From: Ramazzottius varieornatus
Taxonomy: Eukaryota; Animalia; Tardigrada
Assembly: GCA_001949185.1 (NCBI GenBank)
Contig: BDGG01000003.1
Coordinates: forward strand, 1,586,725-1,650,724
Direction of reading: 5' to 3'
Length of the DNA stretch: 64,000 nt
A model generated the notes under the pieces. The model worked only from the letters and a program-made list of their open reading frames with translations, had not been told where the DNA came from and searched no databases. This document shows, one piece after another, positions 48,501 to 60,530 of this stretch. Within the stretch, counting starts at the first letter, position 1, and every line of letters begins with the position of its first letter. A program made the position numbers and the translations under genes.

Positions 48501-48646
48501 AAAGTCCACCTGCGTATCCGGAGCAGACTGGGCAGGTTTCCATCGATCAAAGCCTTACCTTGCCAATTGTTCCGTTTAACCAAATTGACGATGCTGTCAA
48601 GTATGGTATTTTGAGGCGCAACGAGGCCTCGTTTACTTCCCGGCAT
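42543..48646 (-). CDS. eag: Ether-a-go-go (Kv10/KCNH) voltage-gated potassium channel, ~12 exons
   Basis: [17 protein letters not shown]-cap; FILANAQI; [14 protein letters not shown]; [17 protein letters not shown]; S4 [16 protein letters not shown]; pore SVGFGNIAA; C-linker [16 protein letters not shown]; [13 protein letters not shown]; [10 protein letters not shown]; LTYNL. Confidence 0.97.
45180..45245. repeat. GTGGCGCA dyad palindrome, copy 2 (eag intron; right arm degenerate)
   Basis: GGACACGATTATTGTTCCAAGTGGCGCA-N28-TGCGC. Confidence 0.7.
48256..48344. repeat. GTGGCGCA dyad palindrome, copy 3 (eag intron 1)
   Basis: ACTAAACCAGATCGCTGTTTCAATGTGGCGCA-N27-TGCGCCACCTGGAAGAACGATCTGGTCTAGT. 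Confidence 0.85.
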
Positions 48647-51600
48647 GTTATCAAAGGCCGTTCACTTGCACGAAGAGCGCTGCTTCAACGCTGTTAATCC
48701 ATATCATGGCGAAGAGGCAATACCCAAGTCTCCAGTACCTGACTTTTAAGGAGCCATCAAAGTCCCTCGGCTGATGGGATGGCGAACGATAATAAAAGTG
48801 GACACAGAGGACAAAATGACATTTGTTCTCTTGTTGAGAAATATAAATTACTATCCCGTTGCTTTTCGCCACATTAAACTCGCTAAATTTGATTATCCGT
48901 TAGATGAAAGACCAGTGAATGCTTGCGGCTTCCTCGTACAGCATCAAGATCGGCATCGGTCATGTCGTGTGTCTTCTGCTTTGATCAACAGAAAACCGCC
49001 ACGAGATGCACAGCAGGAACATTCCAAGAGAATGCGTAAGATTGAGAGTAATCATCCACCTGCAAACTAGTCCGTGAATCCAGTAATCGTCAACCCAGAA
49101 TATCCAACTCGGATACTGAATGCTTCCGTTCGGCGGATCAGCGCACCGGAATATGGTGCGTTGTTGTCCCAATTGCAATTAAGCGAGGCGATCCGACGTA
49201 TACTCTTTAATATGATATTGTGATACATAAGGCGAGATAATTCTGTTGGGTTCACCGATCGCAGCTACTCTGCAACGACCCGAAGCCTGGCGGTCTCCAG
49301 CAGTAGGCAACAGCTGCAAATACAAAGAATGCACACTGTATAGTCCGTCGGGATACCCAGTGTATACTATACACACATGCTGCGCACCGCGTCACTCAAC
49401 TTCTATCGTGTTGGCTTCTACGGAAGCTAGCTGAGGCCCATCACTGCCCATTGATTTTTCCTTTCTGGTTTCTCCTTGCATGTTGAGCACCTCTTCCGCC
49501 CTGGCTGTATGTACGCAGGCCGCGCGGCCTTTGTGTGCGTGTCGCACTCCTGTCGACTCCAGGTTGGACAACATGCCGATAACTCGATCTACATACACAG
49601 TACTGTACATCAGTCCGTCATCTGAAACCAGCACACGGGAATATGCATACGGCCTGTGCACACAAAGGCTGGCTCGCGATATAATAATAAACTCAATATT
49701 GGGGAAAAGGGGGACCTTTCTCAAGTGGTTCAATACAGCACCTCGTTAAACCTTCCGTGCCTACCTGGATATTACGGAAATTGGGTTGAATCGGGCGTGA
49801 GTCGTACGTGTGTGGCACCGATCGTAACGGAAATCGGCGTGTAAGAAATCACCCGCCACAAGCGCGCACACTGCAATGCAGCGCTGTTGCCATTCGCGCA
49901 ACCCTTCCTGTTTGTGTCGTTCGAAAAAGCAGGGAAATAAAAACGGACGTAGAATTCCGTCGAAATTTTTTGCAGTTCAGAGGTCGTTAATTCTTTATTT
50001 CGGCACAGGTCATCCAGGTTCAAATACACGTGAGGCGTTCCAACGATTATTTCGTGTCGGAATTGGTAAAACTTTTGCTCGAGCATGTTTTCATGGTCTG
50101 ATCGCAAACTGGGGACGACGCAGTGGCTAACTGAAACTGAGAAAAGCATGGGTGTGTGGATGTCTGTTGGAAGAAAAGCAGGGAATGGGTCGGTACGGGT
50201 AATGAAACCACCTTCCGGTTGTATTCTGCCATCGTCAAAGAGCAATAATCAAAGTGCGCGTGCAAGGCAATCATAGTTCGTCCCACCAAAGTCGGACAGG
50301 AAATTGGCTGGCATTGTCGATGCTATAGCCTTACTGCACGGTGTCTGAACGTTGACGTTTCTCGGTATATGTATATTGCAAGACGTGAGAGGCAGATGGT
50401 GTATCGAGAACGTGGTCCCACTGGGGATTCATAGCACGTTTTTTCTCTTCTGCCGCCGCCGTTAATTGGGAACACAACTGCCTGACTGGATGCATCCAAC
50501 AACACAAAGCCACTGGGCGCATCAGTTCACCAAGGAGTTGAGGCTCGCGACAGATGTGCTCAGATGCCAACTTCGCGGTTTTGAAAAACTCACCCGCGTG
50601 CCGTGTCGTTCAACGTATGTTAGTCGGATAAGTTAGTTTGGTGCTACAACTCATGAATTCGATGAATGATCGTGGTCACAAGTCTTGGTGTGGACAGAGA
50701 AAATAATGGAACACTCGGCCATTTTGTACAGTTTGATCTGAAACTCGCAGTTGTCTTGGGGGTATTCCGGTCATCCCTTTGGAGAATTCGCTCTACTCCC
50801 CCAACGTTACGCAGTGAGTTAGCTGACCACTGGGTACTACGGCAGATGGCGTTGTGGTCGAGACCTCACAGCGCCATCTAGTGTCGGTTGGGCTCGGTAT
50901 GGTGGTTGATGGGGCAGACTGCGTTCTCTGTTACCGAACAATGACGACGACTTCTCGACCAGCGAAACTGGAATAAAAGCTTGTAGTTCTTTAGTTTTTG
51001 ATTTACTCGAATACTGAATTAACAAACCAACCACACACAAACGCTACAATATTCACCACACGGAAAGAGGTAACATACGAATGAAACAAGAGATTATGTG
51101 GAGTAAAAAATTCAGCTGCTACGCATTACGTGTAAAGCATGAAACTGAAATGAAACTCGATGAACCTAGAAAGATATTTCCATCCTAGGAATGTCAGGGT
51201 GTATGACCTATGAATGGAAAATGTCACCATGCAGGTAATAAAGGCAATGCCGAAAAAGCACAAAAGCCGTAAGAACCAAACAGCTGCCGTATATATGTGA
51301 TCAGTAGGAAATCAAAAAACAGTACAGAAGAAGCAATACAACTAGCCTGAAAAAGTCATGGATGATTTGCAGGGCTTTCGCGTCTCTCCACATAGTTCAC
51401 TCTTTCGACGCAATGAGGTCTTTATTGCAGTGCAGGACAAATTCTGGACAGTCCTGGTGTTCGATCGACCAGCGGACATCGGATGAGATAATCTCTTTAT
51501 ACTTCAGTCTGGCCGTGATGTTTATGAAGTGTTTGCCGAACGGGAAGAGAGAAAGAAGGAAATGCGATTATGTAGATGAAGAGAAGGGAGAGGAGGAAAA

Positions 51601-51734
51601 GTATCATAACATTGGATATGAAGGATGCGTTGAAAGAGAAGAGACCCAGTTCAGTCCGCGCACGGAGAACGTAGCCGTATAAGTCTGTGTGTGTGAATTA
51701 TTGATGACCCATCGATCGACACATTTACTGCTTT

Positions 51735-54700
51735 TCATGCCTTGGAATATTGATGGACATGATTGAAAAACGGGTTGGTGTAGCCGTGAGCTTGCATATT
51801 GGCCACGTGGCGTTCTTCCGGACTGGCGAAGGTGTCGACAGGTGCAAAGCCATCCTTCGCCGGACTCCTTCTTCGTAAAAGCACAACAGCTAACAGTAAT
51901 CCGGCCAGCAATGCAACTCCAGCTAGTCCGAACCCAATGTAAGCGAGTCTGTTGTTGGTGGAAGTATCTTCCTGAACTAATCGCTCGAGTTTGCTGTATT
52001 GAGGCTGGTCTTCGCGATGGACTTTGTAAGCAGCCGAGTTGATATCTTGGAACTTCCTCAAGTCGACCGTCTCAGACTCGCGTTCGGTGTCGGTCGAGTC
52101 CAGCTTATCGTTGGTGTCGATGGAGGAAGGTTCATCGGTGACGGATTCATCTTCAGAGATGTCGTCCTCGTCATCTTCGTCCTCGACCTCAACGGTCGTC
52201 GTCGTAGGGGAAGTTGTGGTGAAGACCTCGACAACGTCCTGGATGGCCATGGACTTCTTGCGGTCAAGAGGCTCGAAATTGAGGCCTTCCTCGTCGATGA
52301 AAGCTTCCTCGGTGGTTGTTGTGGTAGTCGAGGTTGTGGTTGACGGTGTCGATTTCTCGTTTTCCGGCTCAACCTGAAAACAACAGCACATTACATATGG
52401 AAGTTCTTACGTAATATTCCGCGGGTAATGGATGTTCGTTTTTGCAAAGTGGCGCACTCTTCCTGCCACTGAGAATAGAAACGTGCGCCACTTGAGATAA
52501 CAATCGTGTCCGATCCGTTTTCCAATGTCTCAGTTCACTTTTAGATTAACAGAGGTGTAGACTAACAGCTATTACGACAGAACGGTACCTGAACATCGTC
52601 GTCCTCATCGTCATCTTCAGCCGTCTCCTCCATCAGGTCGAACTTCTCTTCCAGCTCTTTCTGTTTAGAGATCTTCTTCCGGGTTCGGTCCGCGGCGACC
52701 TGCTGCTTGTACTGCAAAACCAGCTGGCCATTGGTCATTTCAGGCGCTCCGAACAGGTCGCTTCTCAGATCGTCCCAGTAGATTCTCGCCTGGGCCTCGA
52801 CCGACTTGCCAACGGCATCGGGGACACGGTTCAACATCTTCATGCTCTCGTTGATGCGCTGGTCAAGGTCGTTGAGATGGGCCGTCACGGTGGCTTCCTG
52901 CTCGTCAGCCGCGTCGGGGTCGACGTGGAGCAGATGGCGGTACTGACTAAGCGAATGCTCGCGGTCCTTCTCTTCGGCGCGGATATACCTACAAATAGAA
53001 AACCATTGATTAAAGAACTTCGGTATGAAATCTCGTAGAAAAACAAAACAGTCGAATCTACGACGAGTACGTCTTGGTCAGCCTCGGTCGTGTCATCAAC
53101 TGACACGCTGCCTTCAACTGTCAAACCCAGATAATCATACTGATTTGGATATTATGATACGTGTTTTAAAGTATCAAATGAGGCTCACTAAACTAAAAAT
53201 CTCGGGATGATAGTTATCTTCAGTGGCGCAGGTCACCTGCTGAGAGAAACAAAAAACTGCGCAACCTGAGTGGTTATTTCGAGTGACGCAGGTTTAATTT
53301 CCTATCTATAGTGAAGCAAACTGGGCTACTCGTAATACCGAACATTCTCAGACTGTTTGCCAGCCTCCCGTTTGGAGGATCGAACTTTACCTTTGCAGCG
53401 TTCGCAACAGCTTTTCTTCCTTTGGATGGGTTCCTGATTCTTGGATGGCGTCCAAGTAAGCATCCATGGACTCTCGCTTCTTGTCGTTCAGGCGGACCTC
53501 GATGCGTTGTTGATGGAGATCCACCAGTTGGCGCTTCTGATCGTCGAACTCGGTCTCGTAGGCCGTCACTGTCTTCCTTACGCGAGCCATCAGGTCGCTC
53601 TTCAGCTTCTTCGCGCCTTGTGGATCGGCCTTCTTCAGTGCCTTGTAGCGACCAGCCACATCGGTCCATTCCTTCATCAGCTTATCGATGCGCTCCTAAA
53701 TATAGACAGATATGAGAGTGCGTAATTCTCAACGGTTAAGTTTTGCTTCAGGAAAGAAGTTCCACTACCCGTTCGAATTACGTCAACGAGCCAGTTTCCT
53801 CTTCGACATCAATGCTCAGATCTTATCCAGGTCACATGTAAATTAACCATGCCCACAGTCTGGACATATCGGCAACCGAACGACAGCTGTCCAAATTTTT
53901 TGACAAACCCAGATATAACCACTGACGTACGCGTAAGAGGAAATCTGGTACTAATGTGTTTGTAATCTGATTGATAAGATACAGTTTTTGGTACAGTTTT
54001 TGGCGTGGAACCGGTTTTGGCGAGGCGCTATCTCAACAAATTACTTTTTGATTCTGCTACAATATGGCCGAATGGCCGCTGGGAAATCATAACGTATTGC
54101 TATACGTGCGTGACATTCACAAACGCTTCCAGGAATGTCGTGGTTACAGGAAATGGAGATTAACGTTGTCCAGCTGGCTGCCTTTCTGATTTGACTTAAT
54201 GCCCCTTTCCACTAATAACTAACTTAGATCCGTTGATATCTGAAACATATTTTCACCTTTGCTTTCAACTATCAATCTACTTTGTTTAAGCACGGTCGCT
54301 TGACCCATTATATTTTGCTCTTGGCATGCAACACGCAGTTAGTCCTCATCAACCCCAATCAGGGTCTTTCCCTTACACCTACTTCTTCCATCGATCCACC
54401 TCATGTTTCAAAAATAATCAGAAAACTTACCGAGGCGAGAAATTAGTTGGAAGAAATTATTATTGTTATAATGATTCGCTGCCGTGTCAGTTATCGTACG
54501 TGTATTCTCTGCGGTCCAGATTCCGCTAACGGATCGCTAGATTATTGAAACTTTTGAGTCGGTAGGCTTCTTTCATTATGCTTATTGAAAAGAGTTCAGC
54601 ATGCCGAGCGATCGAACTTTACACATGGTACAGATGGTCGATCTGCAGATCGACGTTAGCCGGCCATCATCACTTACAAATAAACCTGATCGATTTGCCT

Positions 54701-56792
54701 ACTGCCATACCCAGTACAACAGCTCGCCTACTTTCAAAATAGATTGCTTTGGGCCACCGGGGACAGCCACTTGCCAGCCGGACAACTGCACTTTCCAACT
54801 ACAAAGCACGGAAAAGTGTGGAAACTGTCGAGGAACCGTCTCCTCCTCCTATCGATGAGTGGATGAGACACGCTAAGCTGGCCAAACAGGATCGAAGCGT
54901 GACAGACGGTGAGCGACCATCCAAACCCATGAAAGTTTCAAAGCACACACAATGGTGGTTTCTGCACAGGAAGAAGAAGGTTTATCCCAAATCCTTTCCG
55001 ACTTTCCCTGTTTTGCGGTGCAAATTACGATTTACGACTCAAGAGCCATGTTAACCTATGTACCGCAGACGAAAGTCTAAAAGCCAGTACTGTATGCTGT
55101 ACTCATAGAAAATTGATCACGTGCTATGCTTGGTAAAAGTGAGCAATCAACTAAACGATATGCAGTGAGCTAAACGGTAAGCTGAGTTTGCCTTTAAGTG
55201 ACGCGGGTATTTTTTGTCGGGCTTTTTCAGGCACCCTCTTGTTTTTCTAAAGCTTTCTTGTTTACATGTCTGTGAAGTGAAAAGATCTGATGTGAAAAAG
55301 GGCGTAATAAAGTCAACATAGGATGGTCAATCTGGCCATCAGCGACAGCTAGGTTAGCGTCTCTCGATCGAGCACTTGCTCATCCGTTACACTTGTGCTA
55401 GCACTCAACACTGCCATAATTGAGCTTTGCTGAAAGCTGCGGAATTATCATCGGCCAGCGATGGACAGGTACGGCAATGTGTGGACTACAGCACCACTAT
55501 TGGCTCTTCGTCATCGGGTTACGAACCTAGCTTAACCAGCTCAATGTTTTAGAATGCACTAAAACACTTTGCTGTAATCTACTCATCTCTCTCGAGAGAC
55601 CCACGCAGTCTCCCACACATGGACTGATCAGAGCTCATTCGAGTTACGTACGACACCTGAAAATGAATTCTGGGACATTTGAATGTGGGGTGCCAATTAT
55701 AATACAATCATGTCGAGCAAGCTCGATGAGTAGGATTCTGGTGCTCGCTTAAAGCTATTCATTCGGGAATAGAGCTCGGCTTCTTCCTGTTCCGTACAAG
55801 ATATCGTACGAAACTTCTCTGACCCTGTCTCTTTCCTGCAAACTGAATATATAGCACACATTCGAACCTTCGAAACGAGATTTTCCATCAAGGTCTTCAA
55901 TGAAGTACGCCGTCAAGGTGTCAACGCTCGTGAATAGTTTTTCAAAACCGATTAGACGCATCCCTAACCCGACGATGTACTGTGAAATTACCTGGTGGTG
56001 TTTCTTTAGTTTTTCCATGGCAGTCTTGAATCTCTCATGTTCAGTTTCCTCGTCATCAGCTCGGAAATACTCGGCCTGCCAGTCGTCACCATTGTCATGT
56101 TCATCAGAGGACTGTGGCTTTCCATGTTGCAACGAATGGCGAGAACGTGATCGTTCCTCTTCTAGGGCTTCCTCGTCCTCCCTGGGCACAGGTATCCTCT
56201 TGCTTTCCGCCAACGGACAGCAGACATATTCCACGCCGGAGAACAACGAGATACCACAAGGTACCAACATGCCGAAACTCCTGACCACCTTTCCCTTCAA
56301 CGCACAGGCTTCCTGGCTGGTCACATTCCAGAACATGGAGTCTTTGCACTGTCGTTTGTCATAGGTGTGCGAGAAGTTGCATCCCTCAGGTACCAACAGC
56401 GCGTCACTCTGGAACGATCCTTCGATACATCTGTATGGTCGGACCCAAGCACGATGAGAGCATTTCTCCATCGGGACATCTTCGCCATCTTTGCACAGGT
56501 TGAGAATATTGACCGTGGAGGGTGCTTCGACAATGTTGGTAATGTCGCGTTCAGGGTACGCTTTGCGACATATTGCCAGGATTTCATCTTTGCGCGTTAC
56601 ACAGGTTGCGTCACCATCCTTATTAGGCGCCCAATGGCCCTTTTCATTCATGTAAGAATTGAGATATCCACATTTGACGGCGACTTCGGGTTCGAAGCTG
56701 GTCTTGAGACGGTCGGTGTATTCTTCGGTGGTCGTTGGTGCCCCAATGACCAACGTCAGGCATAGTAAACAGGCTAATCCTCGTATGACCAT
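51735..56792 (-). CDS. APP: Amyloid precursor protein family member (APP/APPL/APL-1), 5 coding exons
   Basis: Signal peptide; E1 (CRKAYPERDITNIVEA, VRPYRC, FQSDALLVPEGCNF, FSGVEYVCCP); E2 (KLMKEW, LHQQR, YIRAEEKDREH); acidic/Thr-rich region; TM; tail SPEERHVANMQAHGYTNPFF. Confidence 0.96.
52430..52511. repeat. GTGGCGCA dyad palindrome, copy 4 (APP intron)
   Basis: AAAGTGGCGCA-N27-TGCGCCACTTGAGATAACAATCGTGTCC. Confidence 0.88.
53208..53279. repeat. GTGGCGCA dyad palindrome, copy 5 (APP intron)
   Basis: GATAGTTATCTTCAGTGGCGCA-N27-TGCGCAACCTGAG. Confidence 0.8.
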
Positions 56793-57841
56793 GTTGCAGG
56801 TCGGATGACTTTTCAATCAATAGAACAACGCCACACAATGTGCCAGTCGATGATGGGGATAAAGTGTTCACTAGCGCTCAACGCTAGGATGTATTCTTCA
56901 AACGGATAAAGGAATATGCCCGGACGAGATCTTCGTGAAACAAAGGCAGTCAAAGTCGGGCTTCGGTGAATGTGTAAGATCAGAAAATAGCCTTCACCAT
57001 GAAGGCATCAAGTAATCTTTCAACGGAGAAAGGCTTCTTGCCCTGTATCTATCAAGAAGGATATCAGCGTACAGAGATGGTTAGATAGAAAGATTGGAAT
57101 TCAACATAGTACTGCTCTGTTACTCTTTCACAATCTCCTCTCTTGGTAGTACACTTTCTCTTACGCTCTGCCCTGTATTTCAGAATGATGCTTATAGCAG
57201 GGACGACTCAGATCCATTTAGACGCAGTACGTCGATCGCCGACGAGCATGTGCAATGCTCACTCCATGTGGGTGGGCGTGGCTTTCAGTCTTCTCTATGC
57301 CGGTAAAAAGAGGCGGTCCCGCTGAACATAAAACGCGTTTTCATGACACCCGGCGCAAACCTCTTTCTCTAACCATGTTTCAGTCACGGTTATTGTTCTG
57401 CAATATTGTGATCCTTGACTGGACGAACTATGCATATATCTGGGCTATTCAGACCGGGTTCTGAATACCGTAACACCGTGCGCGATGTCGCCGTCGTTTC
57501 GTCCCAGCTTATCGCGCGTATACGCCTGTTTCCAGTTGTGGTCTCGACTTCCCGGTATGCTATCATGAGACCTATGGTCCCCTATCTGCCGGGCAAAATA
57601 AGCGGTCGCAGCAATTTCAATAGCATGTTTGTCTGCGCCATTGTGCCTAACGGCGTCGTCGCCGCCAGACCTTCGTCCGTCCATCAGTGGTCTGATAGCT
57701 GATAATATGCGGTTGTGCTCTTATTGTTCAAACAGCAGCACTTGCCTTGATGGACGGCTGCATAAACTGTTTGAGCAAGTCTTGGTTTGAGTTTCGGTAA
57801 AAGCGGAGAGAAAGCCTGGACAGCCTTTTCCTTGATGTAAC

Positions 57842-57900
57842 GTCGAGGTGCGCAGAAAGCAGGCTATTCATACATCGCAGTGTGCGCCACTTATACCGAC
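57842..57900. repeat. GTGGCGCA dyad palindrome, copy 6 (between APP and neprilysin; degenerate)
   Basis: GGTGCGCA-N28-TGCGCCACTT. Confidence 0.55.
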
Positions 57901-60530
57901 GGCAAACATCTCAAAGTCAGTTTCCTTACCAACCTGCCCATTATGACACACTTTCAGCTGGTGTGTTCCAGCGCGTGATAACAAACGGGGGTGACGGCAG
58001 TTTAACGCTTCAAGTATTTGCCCTATGATTCCGCTAGACTTTTCGCCGAAAGGCCCAAGTCATACAGTAGAAAGGTGTGTACCTTTTTTCCATTATACCG
58101 CACAAAGCTGAGCGCCTCGCGTCTCTCGCTGTTAATTACCAGCATATTTTCCTATCTAAATTTACATACTGATTATACGGTTCACCCTCTCGGCTCGACG
58201 CAACGCCTGTCAGACAGATACATTTAATCTAAGGTGTCCGCCCACTATGTTTCCAATTACAGCGTTCGAAAACAACCATCATGTTATTAAGCTTTCTCAT
58301 TTTTGTTTTTTAGCCTGTCGCGTCAAACTGGCGCGCTCTTCGCCGTTTAATGTCCAAGTGGAAGGTCGAGCGCAACCCGACCGTCCTGTGAGACTCTTGT
58401 TATTGTTCCGCCAACCGTGTAACTAGTAAAACGCCGCAGGGTTCTACGGTGACGTCATGGAGCTCTTGACAACACTGAAAAGAGGCTACTCACTGCCTCA
58501 AAAAACTTCCTTATTGTTCTGTGAAGACTGCAATGTTACATACAACTTCCTAGTCATGCACCCGAGAACAATATCAAAGCTCATGTACAGAAATGTGGTG
58601 AGGAGGTAATAAGTCGTGAAGGATGCTGTATTATGCATAGGGCGCTTATAAGCTTACTGCCATGATGAATGGTTGGAAAACTTGGTGATACTTTGTGATA
58701 CACTTGGCGTGGTTCGCTCGATTGATTTTTATAAATTGCCAACAACGTTTTTGAGCTGATTAGAAAGCGTCACGCTTAATAGGCTCAGGCCGTAGATCAA
58801 GCGTTTTCCTCCATGTTGTGGCCAACGATGAGAAGCGAAGAGGGTGGTCCATTCCTCGGTAATGATTTCTGCATGGCGGCGTGCCAACAGGGGATGAATG
58901 CTGACATGGACAAAAAATATGTGTTTGCTCTTGGTCCATCCGCTCGATCATTTTCTTCTCTCTCCAGCTTCCCGTTTCATCCGGACAGATTGTGCCAAAT
59001 GTGTCGTTTGTGTGCGCCATCGTCTACAGAAGCAATCTCTCAATCTGGCGTGCTGCGCCATTGTAAACAGAGAGGCAACACATGCTGTTTTATCATATTG
59101 CGTGTTCCCTATTTGTCAAGTTTTCTACTTCTTTTTATCGGATGTTTGCTCATACAGCAACGAAAGTAGTACATTACAGTACAGTGAGAATCGTTACATG
59201 ACAGCGAGTTTTTTATGCTGGATAAAGAGAATGGTCTTTTTTGAGCTTTTGCGGTACTTCACTGAGTCAACAGAAAAGCAAGAAAAAATTAATGGACAGT
59301 GGCAGGATATGCAAGATCAAGATAGGGTATGTGGTGATGGTGACGCGGTCGTTGCCTTCGTTTTTCCTCCGGCATAGAGTGACACCGAGGTTAATCTGCA
59401 CAAGGATGGATTAGATTATGCAATTTTTCTGGCAGATGTGCCACACTTTAATCTGCAGACATCCCACCGACCAAGTAACCAAGTAACCATGCCAGGGAAA
59501 CTTCACACTGCCTGCGGTACCAGGATCCGCAGTCCCGAGTGAAGCGTTACCCAAAACGCACCCCCGGGCGCGGAAAAATAGCTCCTCCAGTGCAAAGCGT
59601 CGACGAGGTTACATTATGACGACCCAGAGGCGTTTCTCGCTTGGTCCATCCACCCCTGTGTTCAGGTTCAGGACCAGTTGGATATCTACCTGGATAGTCT
59701 CTTGATGGTCCCACGGTGCACTGATCTAGGTACTAGCACATTGACAAGGATATCGAACTTCCCTGAGGTGTCAGATTTTGTAATTACAGTGAAACGATCA
59801 AACAGCGGTGATGTAGCACTTCCTGGTGTAAATCTTCCATGTTGGTTTTCGATTAGACATGTGCCGCATGTCTCAAAAAAGCAGAATCCCAAGGGTGCGG
59901 CCCCATCTGCATGTCGTTGCGCCTGCATTTATCATAAGGCAATATCATAACCGGCATAACCTTCGATCGTGCCCCATACGGTTGTAAGCGCCGAAGCCCA
60001 CGACGCACCGTCAGCCTTGCACAACAATTGCAGCCAGAGCCCCAATAACAATGATGGATGATCACCATTGCTTGCATCAACACATTCGCTTTCTTTGCTC
60101 TTTGCCTGCAGGAAAACGTAATTGTTAAAGCCCGCTGATTGTTATACGGAGACAGGCCACAGCTGAGCTCGCCTTGAGCTGCCTGATGCTGCAGGGTCAC
60201 AGCTTGACAATGCCACCACCGAGTCAACATTTATTCGAAATTCGTATTCATGATTGGAATCGTCGATGCTTCACCACTACATTTCTCCTTCTACTCCGCT
60301 CTCTTCTCTCGCTGTACAGCTAAGATTTCTTTGTCATCGTCCAATTTTAAAACCCTTCTGCTAGAAGAATCAAGTGGGTCACTTCATCATCAAACATCTC
60401 TTGGTCTATCAACCACTCTTTGAATCCGTCCGCCATCTTCACTTTAGTTCCTCGTGATCCATCCAATCTACGATCGGCATGCTGCGCAATTCCTAACAGA
60501 GGTCTCAACGGTATCATTTATACTGGACAT

